This document shows positions 52,563 through 64,000 of a DNA stretch of 64,000 bases, one piece after another. Every line of letters begins with the position of its first letter. Positions within the stretch are counted from its first letter, which is position 1. The notes under the pieces were generated by a model that was given only the letters and a program-made list of their open reading frames with translations, had not been told where the DNA came from and searched no databases. This stretch comes from Tubiluchus corallicola (taxonomy: Eukaryota > Animalia > Priapulida). The stretch covers positions 1 through 64,000 of the forward strand of contig JAQGDQ010000359.1 in assembly GCA_030141605.1 (NCBI GenBank), given 5' to 3'. The translations under genes and the position numbers were made by a program.

Positions 52563-55500
52563 TCAAGAGGAGATAATATCTAATACATCCAATTTTTCTT
52601 CTGTCAAAATCTGTGTCTTGCACGAAAACTTCCAAACTGGTCCCTCTCCTCCATTACACATGCTGGCACGGCTGTCTTCTGCGGAACATACAACTGTAAT
52701 TGTGTCCCTATCTTGGTTATGCTCGCACATGCTGGTACACTTGTGTACAAACGTTTCACCAGTGCTCAAGTGAAAAGTACCAATCTTTTGGAGTTCCTGG
52801 AGTAAAAAAAATACATTCAACAAACATAACTACACACATGCATTACTTGTGCAATACACGCTGATGATTGTACATTTAAAAAGATATTGAGTATGGGATT
52901 ATATACAGACATTTTCTCAGTTATTCTCTGTTAACTTATGAACAGATGGAATGTAAGGAAGCACTTGCAGACATCTAGAAGATGCCATAACTTAGTCTTG
53001 TAAGCTCTATGCCCTATAAATTTTGCACTGAAACATATATTTAAAAAGTTCAAAATATTCGTTGCTAGAAACAGCCACGCCTACAATTTCATTTCACCCA
53101 AGGCAAAATGAGTATCTGGATTCAGATAATAAAACATTGGCAAATTTGGGTATGGTCTGAATACATGTAAGAAAACTTGTTAATTTGATTCCTTGCGTGT
53201 CTGATTCTTGTAGGCCAGAAATCAATTGTTGACATGCCAGATAACAAAGTCAGTGACATACTCATAACTGTAAAGAAGCTGTTATATAAAGTGAAATGTA
53301 AGTGTCCACAGTTAGCACAAAAAGGCTAATTACAAGACAACTTGAGTTTGACTTAAGACACACTGCTTGGGACCTAAGCAAGACACTTTGCATACAGTTG
53401 GTTTTGTACAATTATCAAACATTTCTTTTTAAACTAGAATGATAAAGGATTTAAGAAAGTCAATGGTTGGTGATTTACAAAAATACTTATAAAGAAGTGT
53501 TTTTATAGAAAATATTTTTTTACAGAATCTATACATTTTCATAGAGCCTATAACAACAATGGCGTCTCCACTACTCATGTGGAGCTGCTAAATCTTTCTT
53601 CACTCTCTAAGGCTTAACCACTTCTGAAAGCATACAAAATTTAAGAAAAGTTGTAGTAAGCGTTTTCATTAATTATAAAAAAATATTACTTACGTTTTGT
53701 TCATTTGGTGGATAAGATTCAAAGATGGCTGCATAAGCACTTATATTACTTAGTAAGCAATTGTGTAATTTGCGTATTTTCTGACACAGCACTTCACCGT
53801 TTACTTGACTGGGCAGACATTGTTTAACAGACATATCGTCAGAAAAGTCCAAACGCCGAATAACAAATTGTAGAATGTCACTAGGAAACATTCGTTGTTG
53901 AGGCCTTGGAGAATCTTCGGAAGTATACATCGTCAAATAGCTAGAGAAATCTGCAACAAGCATCTATTTATTGCAATAAAAAAGTGACAGCCAGTGATGG
54001 GTAGTAACATATTACCTTTATCAGCAATATGTATTGTAACACAGGTTATATTAGCATAAACTAGTAATACTTTTGTAGCAATAAAGATGAAGTTTTATGG
54101 CTTCCCTTAACATCTCAATCGTATTACCTTAAAGTCCACAGCTGTTTCATTTCATGAATATGCATCAGTGAATGAAGCCTGGTTTTAACTCTACACTTCA
54201 TTAAACAGAGTGAACATAATAAACATCATTTATCCTCAATTTCAAAAAGCTAGCCAAGTAAATAAAGTTTAATTCAAAGCTTGAAAATACCAAAAACATT
54301 TGGTAGAGAGGTGATGACGACACAACTGTAAGTTTGTATGATCAAGAAAGCAATTAGTGGTGGGACTTATTAATAAAATTAATCTTTTATTTCTAATCAT
54401 CGATTGTTTTATCAGAAAATCGAGAAAAACGACACTGCATTCATGCAGTAATTTTAACAGGCTGAGATCACCACTTAACGAAAAGGTTTCCCGTGAACAC
54501 AAGCATATTATTCACGTGTGCAAATATGTATTCTCATAAAATAATAGAAAGTCACCTGAAAACCCATTATAATTGATTACATAATTAAGCTTTTTGTAAC
54601 TGATTAATCAATTATGAAAATGCAACCAAGGCCCTACCACTACAAGCAATCTCATAGGGTGCTAGGATAAAACTGCAGCATCATAAGAAAAATGTTAACT
54701 TTTGGATACTGCACATTTTATCTTCCTGACGAAAAATTCAGATTCTTAAAAGCCATAAAAACATTTTGTTGTGGTGGGGTTTCAATGTTTGAAAAATGTT
54801 GCCCTGCTTCTATTGCAAAATGACTTACAACATGTTTAATTTACAATCTAATATATGTGCATCACTTTATCTTGATAGGAAGTATTTACAAAACTATTTC
54901 ACAAAAAACACTAAAACATTATTTTCGAAGTTAGCACTAACACTCTCTTGGAAAATGCTTTTGATGTGTCATGAAAATGCTGTGTGTGTATTGGGCCGTT
55001 AGCAGTGTACTGGGAATCTAGTTGGTGAATTGCCTGCTGAGGACATATCTTGTGAGCGTGCCAATTAATCATTTGGATAGATCCTCTAAATACATTACTT
55101 GGGCTACGTTCGAAAACAACGCCAAATTTGGTCAGATTACCTTACCTGGCAAATGTCCCATTAAATCAGTTTTGCAGATATCTCTGATTTCTTTCATAGC
55201 AGCTAACACTTCACGATTTTTAATATCAATCAATTCGCTAAGTCTCTGTATCATTGCTTCCAGTTTTTCTGCGGCTCCAAAACACAGATAAGCATAAGAT
55301 GCATACAGTTCTTTTGTCCAAATCTTCGCCTGGTTTTTCAGTTCATCCAACCCGATTTCACATTCTTTTTCCGTGGCTATTGACTCTGACATTGCTCTGA
55401 TGCCCAGAGTCCGACTTCTAGCAGTTCTGTCCCCAATGCTTAACAAATGCTGTTTATTTTTAGCAATAACTGCCCTACTCTCACTTCTAGTTTTCATCTT

Positions 55501-58500
55501 CTGCCTATCCAATATTGTTGCAGCTACATTGAAACTGGGCTTTAGTTTGGCAGAATCACTAATATGGGAAATTGTATTAGACTCTCTTCTAATTCTGATC
55601 TCAGGAACAGAAGCATCACCAGATCGCAGGGATAATGTCAGACTGCTAGACAAACAAGAGCTACGATGTCCAGGCATGGAGGCACCAAAACTAGGTCCAT
55701 CTTGTGCAGTACTGGGCTCTGTATCATCCACTAGGATAGTTGTAGAAGTCATTGACAATGTCACTGGCTTCGCATCTTGCTCAGCAAATTGTTTTGCTGT
55801 TGTACTACCATCGCAAAGAGCAGAATAAAAATGACCAAAGCTCAACAGAGCATGTTTTACAAGTGGCAGCATTTGAGGAGAGCTTGGAGCTAAACGTATA
55901 CAATTTATAAAAGATTCGTGTATGTCACGAACCAAGCACTCTGACTCCTCCCAGAGCAGCCGACGAAGTTTGGATTTCAGAAAACGAAGAAAGAAAGCAA
56001 ACTTTGTGTCAATACAATCACGTGACAGACGTGTAGCTAGTTCCACGTTAATGAGAGCTTTCTCGATAAATTTTATCCTGTCTTTCTTATCAATAATTCT
56101 GCAAGAGAAAAACATTTGCAGTATGCTTCAAAAACAGAGCAACCACGAAAATGATTTTTATAAAAATAGCAACGAGATAAAACAAGTCAATGTAGATGAT
56201 ATGTAGATGTAAAACATTCTGTTTTGTTAGCCACACCTAACAAAATAACACATTGATAATTATGTACACAACTTAATTTTATATTGGTGCAGCTACTTAT
56301 GGCTATTTTTTTATTTACTTGTTAAATACATCCACAAGAATCATTACAGCATTGCACTTCAAAAAATTTTAACAACGTATTTATTATTATGTACACAAGA
56401 TGCTAAGCTGCAAATGACCCGTGGGGTACTCAGAAAGTAATGACTGTAAGTAAAGACTCTGAAGTAAAGAAGTGAAGAAGGTACAATTGGCTATATTCCA
56501 GATAACACAGTATTTTTTGTTTTTGGAACTCCCTAATATTGACAGACCTGTTACTACTAACATATTGATTTGTTTGTTTGTGGAGTGTAGTGTAGTTTCA
56601 TGCCAATCAAGATATGTAATATGTAAGGCAAATTGTTAAATGATCTATATAATCTTATATCATATATTTTTGTCTATCTAACTGCTGTTTGTATTTCGAT
56701 GTTGTTTCTAAATTCTGGTAAATTTCTTTGTTTTAGATGCCTTGACAATGAACAGTTTGTTCGAAACCAGTCAGCAATAAATTTCAGACATTTTTTCAGA
56801 CACAAATAGAGCAAAACTTACTCACCCTACCGCTATGTTCCGCTCAATGGCATAACTGATTGCATAATGCAGCCGTCCCAAAAAGAGTCGTCCCTCCCGC
56901 AAGTTGCCCAACTTTCCCTCTACAGCTGAAATGGCTGATTCCAGAAAAATAAGGTCAACAGAATCATCTAACTCCGCAAGAGTTGAGGCAGCGTGCATAA
57001 ACAGTAAACAACCTTGAATTGATAAACAGGGAGAAGAGCTCAGCAGATGGCAAACTTTCTGTAATGAAGTAGAAACAAAAAATAATACCCTTTATCACCC
57101 GGGTCTTGCAAATCGTAGCTACGACTTGCCACAAAATCTGTACCTGCACAGTATCTAGCCACGTACAAAGGCTGAAAAAATAACTTACATTTTTTGCACA
57201 CTTATTTATTCCAAGTAAACCGCCAAGAATTCGAAGTAATGAGCAGCAATAAGCTGTATTAATAATTTTAGTGTACAAATGATTAAAAAATCTAGTACGG
57301 GAAACAGGTGTATAGATACATGTTATTTCCAGAATACGGAGCTGCTAAACTGACAACGATGCATGTGTCTTCAAATGGTCTTTGAAAACTTTAAACTTTT
57401 TTTCAGCTTGTTTTATCTGAGTTTGTCAAAGGCAACTTAAAAAGCATGAAACGTAGCTTCAAAAAACTGCATGCACTGTTTCACACACACACACACAACC
57501 TTTTTTGAAATCGATAAATTCAGACAACTGATTTCATTACTGATCAGTCAGCTAACAGGTTCACACAATAAACAAAAACATATGCTTCACATTAGCTTCA
57601 GCAAATTTTGGGAAAAACCAGTGTAATTGCTAGTTTGTACCTTGGAATTTAACCCATTAGTGTAGATTTGAAATGGAAACAATGAGTTCTGGACATTTTC
57701 TTATTTCTAATTACCATAATTATGTGGCTCATTTTACAAGTTATATCATTACTAAAGCCAGGCTTTCATGGAGTTTCCGACTTCGGCGACTGTCCAAAAA
57801 TTTACAAATCAAACATTTGTAAGTGTTTCCGTTATTGCAAAAAAAGACGCTAGCTTCGCGAAAAAATTTTCAATGCTTGAAGATGTCGCCGGAGTCGCAA
57901 AACTCGCCAAGACTTCGTAAAACAGGCGTAAAGATGTTGTAACATTCGCAAATTTGTCGCAAATTAGTCCTGTCCTTCATTAACAATTTAAGAACCCACG
58001 GCAACTTGGCAAACATTTTGCGACGATTTTGAGAATGTTGAGACAATTTTGTGACTACTTTGGGACCATTATGAGATATTTTAGAAAGCCTCGGTTGTCG
58101 CGCACGTTTTCTTGGAAAACTCTGGGAAATTGTTACGAAATGATCGCAAAATAGTTATGTGAATGCCATGCAACATTCGCCTTGTCACATAGGTGTTGCA
58201 GAAGCCGTCAAATATGGACAAACAAGTAGTACGAAGTTCGTGCGAAATTCTCAATTTTCGCTCGAGAAAAAAGCCAGAAATTCACAAAAATGTGACGAAA
58301 ATCGTGCAAACTTCACTGGAATGACTTGCAACAAAACACAGTCGCAGGAATATTCTGGCAACTGCTGAATTTATAAAATTTTCGATTGTCGCAAAAAAAG
58401 TCGTGGCCCAGCGAAACACCTGGCTTAACATGGGGCTTACCTGCAAAGACTGAACCATGGTCGCACGCTCATCAGATTGTCTGTGCAAATCACATAAAGT

Positions 58501-61500
58501 GCTGAATAATAGAAAAGTAGCTTCTGATTCAATGCAACCAAACATTTCAGCCTCCTGAACACCCTCCATGCACTGTTGTTTGCACTCACTTACATCATCT
58601 GTTTAAAGAATTACAACTTAAAAGCAATCAAACATTAATTTAACTAATTATTGATAATGGGACATGGTAAGACATTATCTAGCAATTATTCCTAAAAATT
58701 CTGGCATCAAGCTAACTAAGCAGATGGCAATTTGAAAATTTGTTTGTTATTTGCTTTTGCTAGCAAAAGTGCTATCAGCAATAATAGTCATTGATTGATA
58801 AATATGCTGAATTATTTGTTATTACTACAATTTTTGAAGTCAGGTATGGAACTGAAGTTGCAAATAGGAATAATACTCAAAAAGAACCATTCTTATTACA
58901 TATTGGTTTCCTAGAATATTTTAGAACTTTTTTTAGTTAATCTCCTATTGAAGTATCAATTATTTTGGACTAATTTGGAAATACAATGATCAAAGTAAAC
59001 CAGCAGCTCTTGCTTGTCACTCGTGTTCTAGTTTGAGAAACATTTCACTGTTCTCTAAGTCATTACTATGATCTGTTTAAAAAATCTGCTGTTCTGACAA
59101 GAGGTAAATATAATCAATAAACACTAACAACACGCAAACAATATTCTGTTTAAATTAGTAATACCGCGCAGGTTAATCAAGATTTCTTGGTATAAAGCCG
59201 TCACCAGTGTAAGCCTGCATTGAAGCCATGACTGTACATCCATTCGGAAATTAATCTTGTAGTCAGTATTTATGACTCGCTCTCTCTTGTCACCAGGACC
59301 AGCTTGCAGTACAGAAAGTGCCTGTCGAGCAACAGTAGCGGCTAAAGACGAATGTCCAAGCTCAAACTCAACCTTGGCTAACAACTGCAGACAAGTTACG
59401 TGTAGCTCCACCTCAACAGTAGAAACTAATAAGAACAAACAAGTTCAACTGTTAGTACTAATAAACACCGCTATGTATTGCAGCAATTTAGGTGTTACAA
59501 AAGTTAAACAACACAGAATGTTAGACTGTTCATTTGTACAAATGCAGCGGTTACATATTCTCTCAGAAAAAAACGTCAAGAAAATATCCAGTCTAAGAAC
59601 TGCAATAAGCAGTCCACCATGACTTCCTTGTTGGGACAGTTAATAAATGCCAGGTAACAGCTAGTGCAGTTGTCGGCAAAAGATGCAATGTGGAAGAAGC
59701 AAATCATTTACCTTTCAAACTTTTTTAACTTCTTTGCACTTACAATCCATAATTATACACTATGTGAATTATACTGCATTTCATTGGAACTGCAAACTCC
59801 ATTTTTCAAAATGATAGATGACTAAGTATGGTTGACTTTGCCAAGTTTGCAAAATCAGAACTTTCAGAAGGAGTTTATAATTCCTCAAGCTATTTAAATA
59901 ACCTAACCCTAAAACTAATCCGCTTTAGGAACTAATTTCTTGTGTATGGGGAAATGTAAACTTTATCTGAACTTTCCAATGACCTGAATGTGCCCAGGCA
60001 AAGAACTATAATCTCATCAGCATGCCGATGGACAAGTCTTCTAATGTATATTGCTTATTTAGTATTATAGTTTGGTTATGAGACTGATCAAAATTATACT
60101 ACACAGTATATATATATATATATATACTACTATAATATATGAAAATTACCTGATTTTATAATATAATATATAATATATATATTACCTGATCATGTAACAG
60201 CCATACAAATGCAAATACTTACCAGCAGCCACGTTTTCAACATGTTGTAGCATCAATATGGCTGTCAGTAATCTATTCCTTATCACATTAGCGATGTCTT
60301 TTATAGCAGCTGAAGCACTTTGGGTACAAATGTTTACAAGGTGCTGCATATGTGACAGGAAAATGCAAAAAGAAAGGTGTGGACCATACTCCAGAATTAG
60401 CGAAGGCGCCATGTTGAAAGTGCTCCACTCTTTTGCTGCCTAAAACGTGAAACTTATGTGGCTGCAACATCAGTACATGAACAACTGTGAACAATTTTTA
60501 GTGCAGTAAAGCGATTCCCACACTGTTGAACACCAATATATTAAAGGTTATCTACTTGCAAATAGCTAAATAAATCAAAATTAATTATTTGTGTTTCTAG
60601 AAAAAACTAGAATAGCCAAATGATCAGCCACCTGACAAAATGTTATGAGGACTAGAGCACAAGTTCCCAAACCCCAAAATGTACCACAATCTTGGCATGC
60701 ATTAACACAACACAACCCGATAAGTGGCATGTGTAAACACGTACACATGCACGCACGCACGGACGCACGCAAACATACAAACACACAAAAGTTTGGAGCT
60801 GAATGATATAAAGTTGAAAGCAATGTAGAATTAAAAAGAAAGGAAAAACAGATGGTTGGTAGTGTACTAAATTGGGTTGCCAAAACAAGAAGTTATAATA
60901 ACCTCACACATTAGATACTACATTGAAAAATGTACTGGCAAAAAGACTTGGGCAAACAGCATATACGATCAGAGTATGAAAAATGTTAACAGAGGAGAAC
61001 AAAAAAACTAATACTTTTAATAACCTGCACTAATGTCAATTTTTCATGACAATCTAGTTTTTTCAGAAGTTTCTTGCATAATCTTGCAACTCACTAACCA
61101 TTTCTCTTTTGTATACTATTCTCTTGAAGCAACTCAAAAATGTAAAAACTTTCACATAAATAGAGACCATATAACAGGCAAACTGCTGTAAATTTCAATT
61201 ATGGCTGGCAAAAAGTCCCTCAAATTAAGTATTAAAATTAAAATACAGAACTCAAAGCAAAGATAAGAACTTTAGCTTCACAAATGAAAAGTTGTATTTT
61301 CTCTAATTAGTTACCATTACAACTTATGCTGTACAAAAACTTATTTAATACCGCACAAGTGCAGTAGTTACCTCATAATTGTCAAGCTCTGTTACTGGTC
61401 TTGAGTCTCTAAAAGCCTCCAGCTTGCGATTCTTGCTGGTATCTACATAGCTTTTTGAAGAAAATCCAGCAAAGAGATTAAGAAGTGTACGGAAGGTAGC

Positions 61501-63424
61501 AGAGTACATCCCGCTGCCAGAAAGAGCATGAATTTTAGAGCACAAACTTTCTGTAAATGAGGGAAAGTTCTTCGTCACCCCAACAGAAAAATGCTCTTGA
61601 AGCACAAACACTGGATATGACTGAAAGTGCAAATTGAATGTGATATCAAAATGAATGTAAAAAACACTTACATGAATGTTAATAATAAGTATGTTAATAA
61701 AACTGACAGGTACTAACTATTTCAAACTCACAAGCGGTCACTGTATTATAGTGCATAAGTGTAATTTAACTGTTTGTCTTTTACTAGATGAATAGGCAGG
61801 TAAAGTGGCAGCAAAACCTGATTTTAACTAAAGTCAGCCAGAATCAGGCCACCTGGAAAGAACAGTGCCTACATGTTCTTGAAATAATGTTGTTTTGTTC
61901 TTGCTGATGCCATTGCCAACATAATCATCACCACCTTCTTAGCTATGATATCCGCATAAAGACCATTGATGCCTTATTATCATTGCCAGTGAGGCTGGCA
62001 CCAAAAACAGAAGATTAGTTTTACACAATGAAAGTAGAGGATGAGACTTTTAGTAAAAAAATAGAAGAGATAAGCAAGCAATGCAGTACTCTTTTTGAAT
62101 ATAGAAAAGACAAATAATGTGGAATCGCATCGATGAAAGTTGAAAGGGTTACATTATCTCTTTCATGAAAATTTCTCTTTTAAGTAAAGGATAAATTCTT
62201 CAGAAAATGGGGTTTTGCCCTTTTTTCAAAAGTTAAAGAAAAGAGAAGCGAGAAAAAGGCAGAAAAGTTCTTGCGAGAAACTCCCTTGTATTTCTTCTTC
62301 AAAAGAAGCAGTCAAAGGGATCACAACACTCAATTAGACCAATCTTAAGAAAGACGCATTTTATAGCCAGGAGTAGTTTTGAGCAGTCAATAACCAGTTA
62401 CCTAGTTATCCTGTCAACTTTGCAAAAATAAAACAAATGATAAATGTCTGAATTATTTTAAGATCATAAACATTTTGTTCTACTAATTCAGTTTGGTGAA
62501 AAAAGTAAAGTTCAAGTTGGAATCAAACTTAATCTGAAAAATGCTTTGACTGCTGAGTGAAAGAAAAGCTCCTACGTTAAAACCGTACGAAGAAAAATTA
62601 TGTTCAAAGCAAAATAATTTATACCTCAACCATATGGCCATTTCTAGCCATTTGTTGTCCCAGCCAGGTGAGAGCTGCGACTATTTGGGAAGGGCAGCAT
62701 CGACGGTTGTCGCCTACAAGGTTCACCATAGGTATGAGGTCATGTGACAGGTTGAAGTCACGTACGTTCATCAATACGTAATCCTGCTGAGACTTGATGA
62801 CCGGCATTGAGGAAAATAAAACAGCCTACAAGACATAAAATTAAAAACAAAATTAACAATTACCTCAAAAAATGGAAGAACAAATGTAGTAAATGTTAGA
62901 ATATCTCATAAAAATGCTAATGTTGTTGTTATTAATAATCACACAATAAGGGATTTTAAAAACAAGATGATCACCTTTTCACATTGGGATGTTTACAGCA
63001 GGATTTTTTTGATTAGCAGCTACTGTTATTGTGGTTGGTGCTGCTGTTGCTACTGTTGTTACTATCAGTAACATTGTGTGGCTACTCTCACTCATTTGCT
63101 ACTTACACTAAACACAGTACACAGAAAACAGTTTTAAAACCAAACAAAAAAATTAAGTATTGCGTTACCTGAAACATTTCTGATGCAAGAAGGCAAGCCT
63201 CAGCACGTTTATCTATCGTAACCGTGTAAATGTACTTAGCTATATTGCAGGCTATGACACCACCAAGCAAACAGCCCCATAGACCACAGAGATCTAACCA
63301 GACTAGAGGTCGATATTCAGACTGTGGAGCTGCTGAAGATGCTAGTTTTGATCTCCATATGGTTATTGCATCTTCAGTTTTTAATAATACATCTAAAGCT
63401 TTGCACCAGTTTAAAAATGCATGC
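52563..63424 (-). CDS. CFAP54: Cilia- and flagella-associated protein 54-like, 3' portion (10 exons; 5' part not in the window)
   Basis: Phase-consistent exons 63424-63169, 62825-62625, 61620-61372, 60439-60223, 59425-59165, 58598-58441, 57058-56826, 56098-55146, 53950-53694, 52796-52563. WCKALDVLL...CGLWGCLLGGVIACNIAKY...ACLLASEMFQ and WLQCRLTLV resemble CFAP54 as recalled; the distal exons are divergent. Confidence 0.8.
56738..56776 (+). ncRNA. Decayed minimal type I hammerhead-ribozyme motif (Penelope-like element remnant)
   Basis: TGCC-TTGACAA-T-GAACA GTT TGTTC-GAAA-CCAG-TC-AGCA, overlapping AATAAA. Topology matches, with four transition changes from a consensus motif. Confidence 0.5.
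57756..58425. mobile_element. PIF/Harbinger-like MITE with TAA target duplication
   Basis: TAA-AGCCAGGCTTTC ... GAAACACCTGGCT-TAA; CpG-rich interior with many GTCGC/GCGAC motifs. Confidence 0.75.
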
Positions 63425-64000
63425 CTAAATGACAAATGAAATTTTGAACACTTATTTTGTTTACATACTTTTCCAACGAAGACAAACAGCAATGGGTATT
63501 AATGTGTTACTATAATCAGATTACTTTTTATAGTAACAAGAAACATAACACAAGTACTCTGCTTAGTCTTGTAATCGTTAGTTCGGCAGTAATGTTACTA
63601 AATCTGCGTTACTTATCTACCAACGAATGACATTTTAAACTTGGGCTGTTTTAATCGTTTAGCTGATTTTCTTTTGTTTATCTCTATGGCAGTTTATTAC
63701 TTTGTTCAAATAATGACCTTATTTGACATTCAGACTGCTTGCCTGATAAAGCACTTCTGCAGCTGTAGCTCATTAAAGCCAGGCTTAATTCGGGAATACC
63801 TGGCCAAATGAAGCAGCAGGCTGAATGCTATTATTCAAGTACAGTAGTTTGCAATGGATAAGGGTGGCAAAGATCAGGTTTTGTGGTCAGTTCAGCAAGC
63901 AAGAGCTTTTGGCAAAGTTAATGGCAACATGGTCATTATTTTAATTTTGAAAACACAGAAAAACTAAATATAATAGTCTAGTGCAGAGACCCTGATGCAG

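Noticed and set aside
53600-53623. Extra CFAP54 exon after a good minus-strand acceptor at 53624
   Set aside because: All frames stop within about 8 codons (KWLSLRE*); it could be an alternative last exon but has no support without RNA data.
63720-63950. Additional upstream CFAP54 exon
   Set aside because: No convincing open frame with matching splice sites could be assembled.

Overview
AT-rich metazoan (invertebrate-like) nuclear DNA with GT-AG spliceosomal introns; it is not prokaryotic, and no CRISPR, rRNA or intact tRNA was seen. Left to right: (1) a near-complete CR1/L2-group LINE (ORF1 plus PHD-endonuclease-RT ORF2, minus strand) upstream of the first visible STRIP exon; (2) a STRIP1/2 (FAM40) gene with 19 visible exons (+); (3) TAPT1 (-), almost intronless; (4) a five-coding-exon selenoprotein K gene (+) with an in-frame UGA and a type II SECIS, missed by the ORF track; (5) cyclophilin H / PPIH (+) with an intronless core CDS; (6) a 929-aa BTB-BACK/AT-hook/9xC2H2 zinc-finger gene (-) with a uORF-rich leader; (7) the 3' ten exons of a CFAP54-like gene (-). 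Introns and spacers hold LINE fragments, MITEs with target-site duplications, a SINE, a 13-bp minisatellite and a decayed hammerhead-like motif. Exon chains were assembled by hand and checked for phase. Homology calls are from recognition, not database searches.
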